The translations under genes and the position numbers were made by a program. A DNA stretch of 63,846 nucleotides, counting the filler, from Octopus bimaculoides (taxonomy: Eukaryota): the NCBI RefSeq assembly GCF_001194135.2. It is 8 parts of 6 records of this genome, joined end to end, with 100 filler letters (N's around TTAATTAATTAA, not from the genome) between each part and the next. Parts side by side here need not be neighbours in the genome. Positions count along the whole stretch, not along the records: positions 30,623 to 53,478 come from NC_068991.1; 7 more parts are not named here. One strand, given 5' to 3'. Every line of letters begins with the position of its first letter. Within the stretch, counting starts at the first letter, position 1. A model generated the notes under the pieces. It worked only from the letters and a program-made list of their open reading frames with translations, ran no database searches and was not told the DNA's origin. Of the stretch, positions 39,623 through 51,848 are shown in pieces.

Positions 39623-40184
39623 CTGTAGAAGTAAAAAAAAAAAAAAAAAATTAAAGAAATACTGAATTTCTTTAGAAGCAAAAAAATGTTGATTCATATA
39701 AAGGCAGCAAAAATAAACATCTCTGAATCATTTTAGGAGAAATTAAAGAATTATCTTGATTTGCATATATATTTTTCAACGACAATTTATACATAGTAAA
39801 TCTTATGTGTAGTTAAATGTATGATTGCAATTGTTGAATTAAAAGCAGCATGTAGAATATCATCTTCCAATGAAGTGGAGTAAATAATATAAACTTGTGT
39901 TTACCGTAATTTCTCCTGTCTCTATATATACATATATATATAAGTCCATGCATTAAGATGGATAAGAACAGCGATGCAAAAAATGGATGTCAAATGGTAA
40001 GCCTGCATGATGTCCAACAGCATGTTCTCCATCTTCATGTATTTTTTCCTTTCACCATAATCCTACTATTTTGGCTATTTTATTTCCTGATATGTAACCC
40101 TGAGCACTACCTTTACAGCATATTTCTCTACCATATTATATACTCCCAATTTCTCATCTACTTTTGGATTTTTTATTTTCCCTT

Positions 40185-40410
40185 GGCTGTTGCCAGTACC
40201 GCCTGACTGGCCTTTGTGCCGGTGGCACGTAAAAGCACCCACTACACTCTCGGAGTGGTTGGCATTAGGAAGGGCATCCAGCTGTAGAAACTCTGCCAAA
40301 TCAGATTGAAGCCTGGTGTAGCCATCTGGTTCACCAGTCCTGTGTCAAATCGTCCAACCCATGCTAGCATGGAAAGCGGACGTTAAACGATGATGATGAT
40401 GATGATGATG
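40185..40410 (+). mobile_element. RTE-related SINE (family E) with (GAT)n tail
   Basis: gccggtggcacgtaaaagcaccc...ggaagggcatccagctgtag...gctagcatggaaagcggacgttaaacgatgatg; copies at 9335, 13661(-), 37510(-), 45390, 46090, 46630(-). Confidence 0.85.
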
Positions 40411-40629
40411 ACCTGTCTCTTTATTATTTTAAAAACAGAATTAAACTTAAATCTTGTATCCTACAGAGTTGGATGTCACACATGGAATCTCAACATCATG
40501 TAACCTGTTTTATGGAAGGGACATAAATCAGAAGTTACATAATATTTCCAAATCTAGGATGTAAAAGGAACGAACTTTGCCTCTTATTATACAATTATTA
40601 TATTTACCAAATAAGTAAACTATAATTAC

Positions 40630-40752
40630 CTTTGCTTGTGAGCAGCAGCAGCAAATAGATGAAGAGACAATAGCCAAAATAAATTCCGCAAACATAGCAA
40701 ATGATCCAACACAGAATAAAGGATAATAACTTTCATAACGAAGAGACAGTTG
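40630..40752 (-). CDS. MS4A-like protein, coding exon 4 (TM4 and CCCC): QLSLRYESYYPLFCVGSFAMFAEFILAIVSSSICCCCSQAK
   Basis: tttttcAG|CAA ... AAG|gtaatt; 123 nt, phase 0-0; the EF..AI.SS..CC pattern matches MS4A/CD20-family TM4. Confidence 0.85.
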
Positions 40753-42126
40753 CTGAAAAACAATAATTTTTAATGAGAAAAAGTAAAAGAAATATGTGAT
40801 AATCTTACAGTACAGGGTTATCTGTTCAGATTTTTCTAGCAATGACTTTGCATTTTTGATAATCTTTATTGGCATTAAAAGTTATAAATGTAGTCACTTA
40901 ATCTTTTACCAGTTTCAGTCATTGGTCTGCAGCTATGTCCAGAACAATCCCACAACAGCACCATCAACTGTTGCACATTGCTGTCTATTGACTCATAGGA
41001 CCAGCTATCTGGTTTCCATAGCATATAAGGGACCGAGATCAAAACATTTCCCCTGAATGAGATGCCATTTCATCACAGGAGGAACATGAAATGAAGTGTT
41101 TTGCTCAAGAACACAATGTGCTACCTGATTCAAGAATCAAGAACACAATCTTGTGATCATGGATGCAATACCTTAATCACTAGGTTAACTAACTTTATTT
41201 TAAAAAGATTATTTTACTAGTTTCAGTCAATAGTCTGCAGCCATGCTCAACTCATATTAAAGTTTAGAGCCATAATCTAAAGATCTTCCTAATCACTGTT
41301 TGATACTGATGCTATTTTTATTCAGACCAGCTGGTCCACTAGTGTAAATCAGTCACTGATGTTGACTTTTTTTTTTTAGTTAACTAAAAGAAACAGGTTT
41401 TGAATCTGCCCAGGGTTATCTCTCTTTGGTATTTCCCATTGAGGAAGGCTAAAGAACCAAAAATGTGTATCTGGGAATCTGATAGGGAGAAGCACTGGGC
41501 AGATATGGTGTTTTACCATAAGAGAGAATTCTTTTCTCCAGGGTAACTGCAATGAATTTGCCTTTAGAAGTTATATATCACAAACATATTTTAACAAACC
41601 TAAAGTTCATACACACACACACATATATGATAGGCTTTTTTAAGTTTCCATCAATAAAATCCACTCACAAGCCTGCAGTCAGCCCAAGGCTATAGTAGAA
41701 TACACTTGCCCAAAATGCCATGCAGTAGTTGAGAAGGAAACTTCTCACCACACAGCCATGTCATTATTTGACTCTTTTTACAGTTTATTTATCTGAAAGA
41801 ATATTAAAAGGGTTGTTTTCTCTTTTATAAAGTCTGTTACAAGATATTTTCTAATATAACTGAAAAATGCTCCATAGTTACTAAGTTTAAAATGTTTTGA
41901 TAAAAAGTATGATAGTGAAATAATATTATTAGAAAACCTGTTCATCCAAGAACCAAGAACAATAATTAAGTTACAATGTCTTTTAATCTAGACAGCTAAG
42001 AAATATAATTGCTTTTGTTTTGGTTTTTCCCGATCATATAAAGTACTTCACTTCATTAGCTATCAGTAATCCCTGCACAAAAAACAAACAAACACGCATG
42101 TGTGCACACACACAAAATATACTTAC

Positions 42127-42216
42127 AATCCAAGCTGCATGACCAGAAAAGGCACTCATTCCACCAATTGAAAAGATACATGCTGACAGAATGGCAAGGA
42201 CCATGTAGGTAATTTT
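42127..42216 (-). CDS. MS4A-like protein, coding exon 3 (TM3): KITYMVLAILSACIFSIGGMSAFSGHAAWI
   Basis: tttctttccAG|AAA ... ATT|gtaagt; 90 nt, phase 0-0; basic residue followed by MVLAILSACIF, resembling TM3 of invertebrate MS4A-like proteins. Confidence 0.85.
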
Positions 42217-42814
42217 CTGGAAAGAAATTTTAAAGCATTTTATTTAGGTTTTACATTCAGTTATGTATGTGTGGTGGTATATAGGCACATGCATACACAC
42301 ATGGGTGTAAGCATATGTGTGTGTGAGTTTGAGTCAAAAAGAGAGAAACAGATCTGTTTAGCACTAGAGATGCAGATTTATTCATTGATAAATAGACTGA
42401 TTCTAAAAATAAAAGTTATTTATAATACAAATCCAGGACAACTAAATACAGGAGGGTAGCACATAGTTAGTCACTCTAATGGATTCTATCAATTTACTAT
42501 CTTCTCTGAGTATATTTAAAAAAATACTGTTTATGATGATGGAAATGGAAGGAATGGTGTTAGGTAAATGACATTTTCCTTTTAGGTTCATATCTCAGCA
42601 AATCTATTATCTTTTGTCAGAGAGAAGAATCTGATACTTTATGTGATCTGTGGTAGAAAGTCATAAATGATACCATTCTTTACTAACTTTCTCTTTCACT
42701 CCTCAGAGATCATAAGTACGAGGTGGTATCAAAAGGTTCCTTGGCTAGTTATGTTTAATAAAAAAAAAACTTAACCAAGATTTAACATCGTCTCTTTCAA
42801 AATAGCCATAATTT

Positions 42815-43122
42815 AGCGCCTTCAGACTATCATCTCTTCGGCATGAAAGAGGGTTTGAGAGGCAAGCATTATTCCAGTGATGAAGAAGTGAAAACTATAG
42901 TGAAGAAGTGGCTTAAAGAACAGTCAACAGAATTTTACAGGGCAGGGATACAGGCTCTCATTCGAAGGTGGAACATTGCTATTGAGAGAAACGGTGACTA
43001 TGTTGAGAAGTAGGGATGTGATCCACAGAGGACCAGCTTCATTTTGATGTATGATACATGTTCCTGTGTTGGTAATTATACTTGTCCTAAACAAAATAGC
43101 ATTACTTTTTGACTCACCCTCG
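42815..43122 (+). mobile_element. Mariner 3' fragment with terminal inverted repeat
   Basis: LAPSDYHLF...KWLKEQSTEFYRAGIQALIRRWNIAIERNGDYVEK*; ends ...ttactttttgactcaccctcg|TA. Confidence 0.9.
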
Positions 43123-43229
43123 TATGTTAAAGTCTGTGGAGTACTCAACCACTTGCATGTTAATTTCATGAGTAGGATGTTCTGTTGATTGGGGTCAACT
43201 GGAACCCTTGTTGTCATAACCGACAGAGT

Positions 43230-43740
43230 ACGACTAACAGTTGCTGTAATGGCACAGCTCAGTGATGGTTACAAAGACTCAACTGATGGGTGTTCAGATA
43301 TCTCAGCAGTTATAGTGAGTTGTATGAGGACAACCACCAATGGGGGTCTTTCATTTCAGCCTCTTCAAAGTTTCAATGAAAGAGCTCAGCAGTGGTTGTA
43401 ATGATTCAGTTCAATTTTAATTGCATTGACAGATCTCAGTGGCAGTCGTAATGAAGTATCTGAGTGGTGGCTGTATTCAAAATGTACAAGTAGTATTAAT
43501 GCCAACTCAGTGAGAGTTGTAATGAATCAGCTTGTTAGTGGTTACTATAACTCAACAATTAATGTTATGACACAGCCTTGTATTAGCTGTTATGACATGC
43601 CCAGGCAACTGAGTTCACATAGCAGTGGTTGAAAAAAAACAGTTCATTATTGTTTGCAATGATTTAGCTCAACAGTAGCTAAAATAATAGTTAGAGCACT
43701 CAGTGGTGGTCATGACAACATAGTTCAGTGCTGGTTGTTG
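43230..43740 (+). repeat. Highly degenerate ~22-25-bp minisatellite
   Basis: Recurring (c/a)gctcagtggtggttgtaatga variants. Confidence 0.55.
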
Positions 43741-44008
43741 TTTTCACAAAATGAGCAAATGCCTATTATAGCTCCATGTCAGCCAAAGCTTTGTGAGTGG
43801 ATTTGGTAGGTGGAAACTGAAAGAAGCTCATTGGGTATAAATATATATATATATATATATTAATTGAAGTGTACAGTATTACATGTTCATTATGGCTGAT
43901 CTTACCAATTGGTTTTGCACTAGGGGTTCAAGAGTATTAGGTAACGGTCCAATTATGTAACTCTGTGCTCTTCAGAGATGGCAGCTATGGAATGAAATAT
44001 GGCAATTG

Positions 44009-44041
<33 letters not shown>

Positions 44042-44059
44042 CACACACACATAGTGATC

Positions 44060-44270
44060 TTGGAATGGAAAGACTGGAGATCTGTGTGTCAAAATGGGAT
44101 AAGGAACATCAAATTCAGTTGTATCCGTTGGCTACAAGAACTAAAAGAGAGAACAAAGGCATTACCAAGAAGAGCAGCAACATTGTCCTATAATCCACAC
44201 ACCCATGCATGATCTGTGGACTGGTTTGCAAATCCTTTGTAGGATCAAAATATCACATCCAAGCTGAATA
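44060..44270 (+). mobile_element. RTE-type LINE C-terminal zinc-finger fragment
   Basis: KDWRSVC...HPCMICGLVCKSFVGSKYHI (C2H2-like end typical of RTE/BovB). Confidence 0.5.
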
Positions 44271-44781
44271 AATTGAATGGGATGTTGGATACTCATACAC
44301 TGAAAGCTATGGGAGAATATATATATATATATATATACACACACATGTGCATGTGTTTCTGTGAATTCGTATTTTCCTCACATTAGTAAACAATAACTTC
44401 CTGATGGTGCTGTTTGCTTGCAGACCACCAGGAGAACATATTGGGGTTTTAGACATGTCTTGATATATTGTGTAAGCTGTGCTGTTTATTACTTGACAGA
44501 CTGAGAGATAATTACTTTGCTCAGAAGCAAGTGGGGTTGGTGACAGGAAGGGCATCAAGCTGTAAAATACTCTAGCCCAATGTACTCCAACATTTGTAAG
44601 TAATACACTAGTATTTGTTAATTCTGCCAAGTGCATGGTCTACACTGGAAAACTGGATAAATATAGTATTTTTTATAGTGTTACTATTTCTGATAAGTAA
44701 TAACTAGATGCTTTTTAATTGTAAACATTAAACACACTGAAAATTTGAACAGAAAAGATTAATAGTCAGAGAAATTTTTAC

Positions 44782-44853
44782 CATTCTCCTGGTTTGTATT
44801 TCTGTATTTGACTTGAGACCAGCAAGAATTCCAAATATGCCAATTGTGATAAT
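44782..44853 (-). CDS. MS4A-like protein, coding exon 2 (TM2 end and loop): IITIGIFGILAGLKSNTEIQTRRM
   Basis: ttgttgtgtttAG|ATT ... ATG|gtaaaa; 72 nt, phase 0-0; continues the hydrophobic TM2. Confidence 0.8.
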
Positions 44854-45104
44854 CTAAACACAACAAAAATTGTACAATTAAATGTAAAATTTTAAGATAA
44901 GATAGTCAGAAATTGTAAATATATATATATATATATATATAGTCAATTTAAACATGAACAAGCAAGAAAAAACACATAAAAACAACGCGAGGACGTGGAA
45001 TAAGTACAGCTGGTGCGCTCTTTCTAGTAAGGCAACTGCAGAAGTATTTAGCCAAAAGTAATCTGCTGCACTTGGCATTTATTGACATGTACAGTAACAA
45101 ATTT

Positions 45105-45345
45105 GATGTGCAGCTAGGACCTCACCAGGGTTTGATTGAGTCTCCTCCTATTTATCATTTAGGCTATAACAGCGGAGTTTAAGGCTGGTTGTCCATGGGA
45201 ACTCCACTCTGCTGCTGATCTTGTTATTTAAGCTGAATCTGTAGTAGAATTAGAAAAGAAATTCCAGGTGTAGAAGCAAAACCTGGATTTAAAGGGCTTC
45301 AACATAAATTTAGCAGAAACCAAAATTCTAGTAAGCAGGCAGACA
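45105..45345 (+). mobile_element. Decayed RTE reverse-transcriptase core fragment
   Basis: Degenerate LHQG..LSPLLFII, GCPWEL.(Y)ADDLV and LEKKFQ.WKQNL..KG...N..KTKILVS. Confidence 0.75.
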
Positions 45346-45389
45346 GGATGCTAATTCCTCCAGTAAAATGGTCAATTGATACATAGAAC

Positions 45390-45628
45390 CATTTTGAGCG
45401 TGGCTGTTGCCAGTATTGTGTGACTGGTCCTCATGCCGGTGGCACATAAAAGCACCCACTACACTCTTGGAGTGGTTGGCATTAGGAAGGGCATCCAGCT
45501 GTAGAAACTCTACCAGATCAGATTGGAGCCTGGTGCAGCCATCCGGTTCACCAGTCCTCAGTCAAATTGTCCAGCCCATGCTAGCATGGAAAGCGGATGT
45601 TAAACGATGATGATGATGATGATGATGA
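45390..45628 (+). mobile_element. Family E SINE
   Basis: Matches 40185-40410 including the (GAT)n tail. Confidence 0.85.
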
Positions 45629-46935
45629 AAGCTGAATGTAGAAATTGTGTTCATATCATAAACTATGCACACATAATAGTAGACTTTGTGTCAGTTGCAC
45701 AGAAACAATAAACACTATTGTCGATAAAATTTGTAAAAAAAATCCTTTGAATCAAGCAGTGAACAAACACATCATCCTCCTATAACCGACTTGATTCTTT
45801 TTCTAAACCCACATAACTTAACTATTGAGTAATTGGAAGTGTGTTTCAGTCATTGCTAGGGTGTATAAATCTGTCTCAGAGAGGGATGATGTAGTAAATA
45901 GGATGTTCACAAGCAAGCATCCAACCAGATATTACACAAGAAAATAAGCAACTAATCAGACTAAAGCCAGTTTAAAGAGGAAAAATCAAAGATTTGGGAA
46001 AAAAGCTGATGAAGAAGGGAATTATCCCAGAGAATAAATATAACATACTTTTATATTCCTCAGTACTCTACTCTACTCAGTTAAAGGAGCCTTGTTTTGG
46101 GGGTACTTGGTGTCCTTGCCAGTGCTGGTGCCATGAAAAAAGCATTCTGTACACTCTGTGAAGTATTTGGCATTGGGAAGAGCATCCAACCATAGAAATC
46201 ATGCCAAAGCAGACATTGGGGCTCAACAAACTCCTCTCATTCACCAGTTTATGTTGAACCATCCAACCCCAAAAAGGGATGTTAAAATGACAAAGATGAT
46301 GACAATGATTATAATTGTTCATAATGATAGAATATGAGGCACTGAGAAAAAGTATTAAATAAAACATACACAGTTAAGAACATTATCATCTATGGGAATT
46401 TATTTACTCTTCGTTGTAGTAAAGCATTACAATTTAAAGTGCTTCATATCTGCTATAAAATACTTATTTGCAGTTTCAGATTTAGAGAACTTCCAAACAC
46501 TATTCTATGCAAAGTTCCAATTCATTGCCATAAGCAAATATTCCACAAAACAATAGTTAAGCATGAGATGACAAAAACAGAAGGAATATCTTGCAATGAA
46601 ACAATACCATTGTGGTTGTTATCATCACTATCATCATTTAATGTCCATTTTCTATGCCGTCAGGAGTTGGATGGTTTGACAGGAGCTGCCCCAGGTTCTA
46701 TTGTCTGTTTTGGCATGGTGTCTATAGTTGGATGCCCTTCCTAATGCCAGTCACTTTGCAAAGTGTACTGGGTGCTTATGTGGGTGGCACTGGCACTAGT
46801 GCTGTTTACGAGTATTAACTGAAAAATTTAGGTGTATTTCCATAATTTTTTATAGGTGTATAGTTGTCATAAAAACTGATATCAGTTATGTAACCATCCC
46901 TATTAGGATAGAGAAATGTAAAAATCACTACTTAC

Positions 46936-47112
46936 CCATAGACTTACAATACATGCTGCTGCAGAGGTGACATTAGACAAATGTCCAATGGGATGGTACT
47001 GAATTAATTTTGTTGAAAATCCCACCATTGAAATAATGAAACACAAAACTCCAATACCCAAATGGAACACTCCTGTTATGGTCATAGCCATGTACTGGAA
47101 ACCAACAATCAT
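46936..47112 (-). CDS. MS4A/CD20-like tetraspan protein, coding exon 1 (TM1 and start of TM2): MIVGFQYMAMTITGVFHLGIGVLCFIISMVGFSTKLIQYHPIGHLSNVTSAAACIVSLW
   Basis: Acceptor ttttatttttAG before 47136; in-frame TAA 12 nt upstream of AAAATG; 177 nt; donor TGG|gtaagt; long hydrophobic segment; NVT sequon in the first loop. Confidence 0.8.
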
Positions 47113-48211
47113 TTTTGATGGTTATGTGAAACTTATCTAAAAATAAAAGAAAAAAAATTTCAAATGAGTTAGTAAAAGAAAACTAGCAAGCTCACATGCT
47201 ATGCTGTGCTGGGTTAACATTTATAGAATTGATTCAGTTCTGGCTGCTCTGAAAATGACAAATAAAAATACATCCCCAAAAAAATTGCAACACACAGATC
47301 TATGCACACACAGTATCAGTTGTCAATAAGTCACACACACAAAAAAAAAAAAAGAAGAAAAGAACAAACATAAATATCATCACCATTTAATGTCTGTTTT
47401 TCCATGCTCACATATATACATATTATTTAGAACTTAATGAACTTCGAGTTCTACCATTAAATATATATATATATATAATGTACTTATCCGTGATAGAAAA
47501 TTCAACAAAAAAAAATTACTCCATCGAGTGAGAGATAAATATTATTTATTTAAAGGTCACAATACATGTACTAAGGTGCTACTAAGCTTCATATGTTGAG
47601 AAAACTCAAATTCTTCAGGCACAAACCACATATAACTAAGGAAATTGAGTAATAGAAGAAATGTGAAAAAATTGAGAAGGCAGCATATAGAAAACGCAGA
47701 CAGTAAACAATGGAAAACGAAAACAGAAACTAAAATGTAAAAACAAAGGTAAGAGCTATCTCCCTTAGACCTTAAATGATAAGGCTGGAAAGATATCAGA
47801 TCAGCTAGGAATAGGTGGAATTTTCCAATTCTTTAAAATATATTTATACACATTTCATGCAACCACTGAAAATTTCTGACCGAGAATTCAACAGAGAGTT
47901 AGGGATCTTAGATCTGAACAGGATCAGTGCTCTTTCAGCCAAACAAAGTCTACATTTATTTTTTGATCCACTCACATAAGATATGGATTTTTCAATTACT
48001 TTCTATTTAATCACATACAATATTTCATCATCTTTCAAGGTCCACATGTAGCTAGCCAAATTAGTAGCTTTACTTTTGTCACCATGACAAAAGGAGGCTA
48101 TGTGATTGGCAGTGATTTTTAAATTCTCCTTCACATAATCCAGTATAGGTCTTCTTATCAGTTATATTATTATTTAGGGTTGCAGTAACTTCTGCCTCAT
48201 ATTTTGTGTTT

Positions 48212-48900
48212 CTTGTATGCAAAATGCCATGCTACACGGCAGTGAAACATGGGCCATGATTGCTGAGGACATGCATAGGCTTGAAAAAAATGAAGCTAGT
48301 ATGATCCGCTGGATGTGTAATGTCAGTGTGCATACACAACAAAGTATGAGCACCCTGAGAGAAAAGTTGGTCATAAGAAGCATCAAATGTAGTATGCAAG
48401 AGAGATGACTGCGCTGGCATGATCATGTGTTACGTATGGATGAGGACAGCTGTGTGAGGAAATGCCACACCCTAACTATGGAAGGAACCTGTGGAAGAGG
48501 TAGACCCAAGACATGGAATGAGGTGGTGAAGCATGACCTTCAAACATTGGGCCTCACAGAGGCAATGACAGGAGACTGAGACCTTTGGAGATATGCTGTG
48601 ATTGAGAAGATCTGGCAACTAAAGTGAGATCACAGCCATGGCCGATGCCAGTGTTGCATGTCTGGCCCATTTAAGAGTACCCTTGATGCATCAGGCGATA
48701 TGATATACTTGAGAAGACCTGTTGAGTCAAGTAAAACCACAATCGTAGCTGTGGCCAGTGCCCCCCTGACTGGCTCCCATTCTGGTTGCATGTAAAATGC
48801 ACCATCTGAACAGGGTCGATGCCAGTGTCCCATGACTGACTCCCGTGCCGGTGGCATGTAAAAAGCACCATCCGAATGTGGCTGATGCCAGGTCTGGTCC
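48212..48900 (+). mobile_element. RTE LINE 3' end with 3' UTR repeats
   Basis: AMLHGSETW...LRWHDHVLRM...GRGRPKTW...DLWRYAV; in-frame stops. Confidence 0.9.
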
Positions 48901-49884
48901 CGTGGCAGTTGAGTAGATTGACTCCAGTACTTGACTGGTACTTATTTTATTGAACCTGAAAGGATGAAAGACAAAGTTGGATAATAATAATCCTTTCTCA
49001 TAGGCACAAGGCCTGAAAATTGCGGGAAGGGGTAAGTCGACGACATCAACTCCAGTATTCAATAGGTATTTATTTCATCGACCACGAAAGGATGAAAGAT
49101 AAAGTTGACTTTGGCAGTGGAATTCAGGAAAGACTTAATACTCATGAAAATTTATGTATGTAGTTTTGGTTGTGGTCCAAGGACCATAACTCTTACATTC
49201 TAAGTTCAAATTCTACCGAGGTTGACTTTGTTTTTTATTTTTTCCTGGTCGATAAACTGAATACCAGTTGAAGACTAAGGTTGATGTAGTCGACATACTC
49301 CTCCTGGCCTTATGCCAAAATTTGAAAGCAATATTAATGCTCAATGATATGTTAAAATCACATTTATTATCTTAAAAATTAATTTTCGTGTATCAACTAC
49401 ATGGGAAACGTCTGTATACAAAATGGAAAGCTGTTGTTGATCTAAGAATGGTTTTGAAGAGTCAAACATGCTTACATATGTTATAATGTTTATGAAACAT
49501 TTATCAATAACGTGACTATATACTTTGTGTCTATCTGATAGGGTTGATTGCCAGGATAAAATGCTAGCCTTGTGTAGATGGCATTCTTCACCAAGCCAAT
49601 AATTTTCATCATCATGTACATACTTACATACATAAATACATACAATGTATAGACAGGTATAAATCATCCAGGCAAATACTGTACGTGTACTCAGATTCAG
49701 GCTATCTGTATCGAATAGTAAGTAGCATCTAGTATTACTTAGGGTGAGTAATCCTACTGTAATTCATCCGAGGGGTTAGTCCTGAGTTCGTTTCACAAGA
49801 TTATGAATATTTCTGAGAATATTTTCACTAGATTATGAATAGAGTAAATTCAAAACAATTATAATGAATACAGAGACTGGTATT

Positions 49885-49951
<67 letters not shown>

Positions 49952-50248
49952 TTACAGTTAATTATACAGCATAATTGGTTTGTATACGGCTGACATGTTT
50001 TTGATGTAGAGATAAAGCAGTTGCATTTGAAACCAGCTATCTTCGACTATGTGCCTTTAATCACAGTACCTCAGATTGACATCCAAACACTGAAATGTTC
50101 ATATTAGAGCTTCTGGTGTGAATGCCAAGCAGTACAGCATGCTGTTTCCAAATTTCTAGCAGAGTGAATTGTGTCATGGTGCTGTTTTTCTCACAGACGG
50201 TGCCTAACTGACCCTACCATACTGTCTAGTTGACAAAATAAAAAACAA

Positions 50249-50283
50249 TGCGCATGCGCAAAATTGAAAATATAAAATGGCGA
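50249..50283 (+). promoter_or_regulatory. Candidate promoter: NRF-1-like palindrome plus YY1-like motif
   Basis: TGCGCATGCGCA at 50249-50260 and AAAATGGCGA at 50274-50283, in non-repetitive DNA 3.1 kb upstream of the MS4A-like ATG. Confidence 0.4.
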
Positions 50284-51848
50284 CAATATACCTATTGCAC
50301 CCTGTATACACACACACATCTATGTATGTATGGGTGTTTGAGCTAAGTTTGACAATTCTTTATGTCTCCTGTTCTTTTCAAGCACAGCTTGATATATTGG
50401 TGAACAGTCAACGGTGTTAGAGAGCATAAAGATTAATGTTGTAGTTGAGAAAAAGTTAGCTGACATGGAAGACTGGAAATCACTTGAACATTAATTCACA
50501 CAGGGTATCAAAATATGCTATCCTTGATTTGGAAAAAGAAACGAGGATTAGTGTCAGGAAGGACAAGCATGAGAAAACGAATCTAACTTAGTTGTGGGTT
50601 AACAAGGCTACCATTGGTTTCATGTCAAGAGATATCTCAACAATTAGCAAGCCTGCCACATGAGACGTTGATGCTCGTCTCCATCTGGGATAAAAACAGG
50701 GCGTATTTTCTTTGTGCTCTATTTTATGTAAAATGCAATAAATATGAGTACGTACAGGTGTGGCAATGTAGTAATAATTTTGCTTTCCAACTGCATGGCA
50801 CCTTGAGAAAGTGTCTTCTACAATAGCTCCAGACTAACCAAAGCCTTGTGTATGGATTTGTCACATGGAAACTGAAAGAAACCCTATATAATAAGTACCA
50901 GACTACGAAGAAATACTAGATCGATTTGTTTGATATAAATATATAACAAGTAAAATTAGATGATGCTCCAGCATGTCCGCAGTCCATCGACCAAAACCAC
51001 AAGATATATGCACATACAGTCACACGTATGGGAATCCTCCGTTTAGCAGGTTAATCCACTTCGCGGGAAGAGCTATTCTAAGAGCGCGCTCTGCCTCGTC
51101 TTTGAAACACCTAGTTTAGAATAGAGGCAGCTGATGAAGGAAAAGTTCCATAAGTGGCTTGTCTGTTTTCCTGTGTGTTCATTCTGTTGTCTGTAAAAAA
51201 AGTCCGTTTTTTTGGTGCTTTGTTTATGTTCCCGTTCCTTTTTTGACGTCCTGTACCCGGATATGCATCTATATATACATGTAGATGTAGGTATGTACGT
51301 ATATGTATGTAAACATGCATATGCTCATATATCATTTGTATTATATATATATATATATAAATAACACACACATTTAAAATATAAAGTGGTGCTCCAGCAT
51401 GGCCGCAGTCCATCGACCAAAACCGCGATAAAATAAATTATATATATATATCAAATGGATGTCTTATATATATACACACACACAGCAACACTTACACATG
51501 TGTCCTCCCACCACCACCTCCACCAACATTCTTCCTCATAACTTCCAGAAAAATAGATATTATTTAACGAAATTTTCTATAAAAGCACTTTAGCTGGTGT
51601 AGATTCCAATTATATCGGGATTGTTGTGAAAAAGTTTTTTGGCCTTGTTCCCTCATAATTCTCAGAAAAAACGATACTTTTCAATGAAGTTTTCTACAAA
51701 TACTTTTCCGAGTGTGTAAATTACGGTCACATTGGAATTTGATGAGAAGAGGAAGATAGTTTTTAGATTCTAATTTTTTTTTTTTAAATCTTCGTTTTAA
51801 AATATAGACAGTCCGATTCTATCATTCGTGTCTCATTATAATTTCCAA

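Noticed and set aside
41518-41547. 30-nt in-frame micro-exon (LPWRKEFSLM) between MS4A-like exons 3 and 4; also a 79-nt AG/GT-bounded segment near 43.9 kb
   Set aside because: The first has a weak polypyrimidine tract and is not needed for frame; the second has stops in all three frames
42717-43124. TACGAGG... at both ends as one complete mariner MITE
   Set aside because: Ends share only TACGAGG and TCAAAA; more likely pieces of two different mariner families
44382-44639. This ORF as the constitutive TM3 exon of the MS4A-like gene
   Set aside because: Poorly hydrophobic and partly SINE-derived; a much better TM3 exon with consensus splice sites exists at 42127-42216
49341-49667. 108-aa minus-strand ORF upstream of the MS4A-like gene
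   Set aside because: Starts in an ATGT microsatellite, has no recognisable domain and no supporting splice structure
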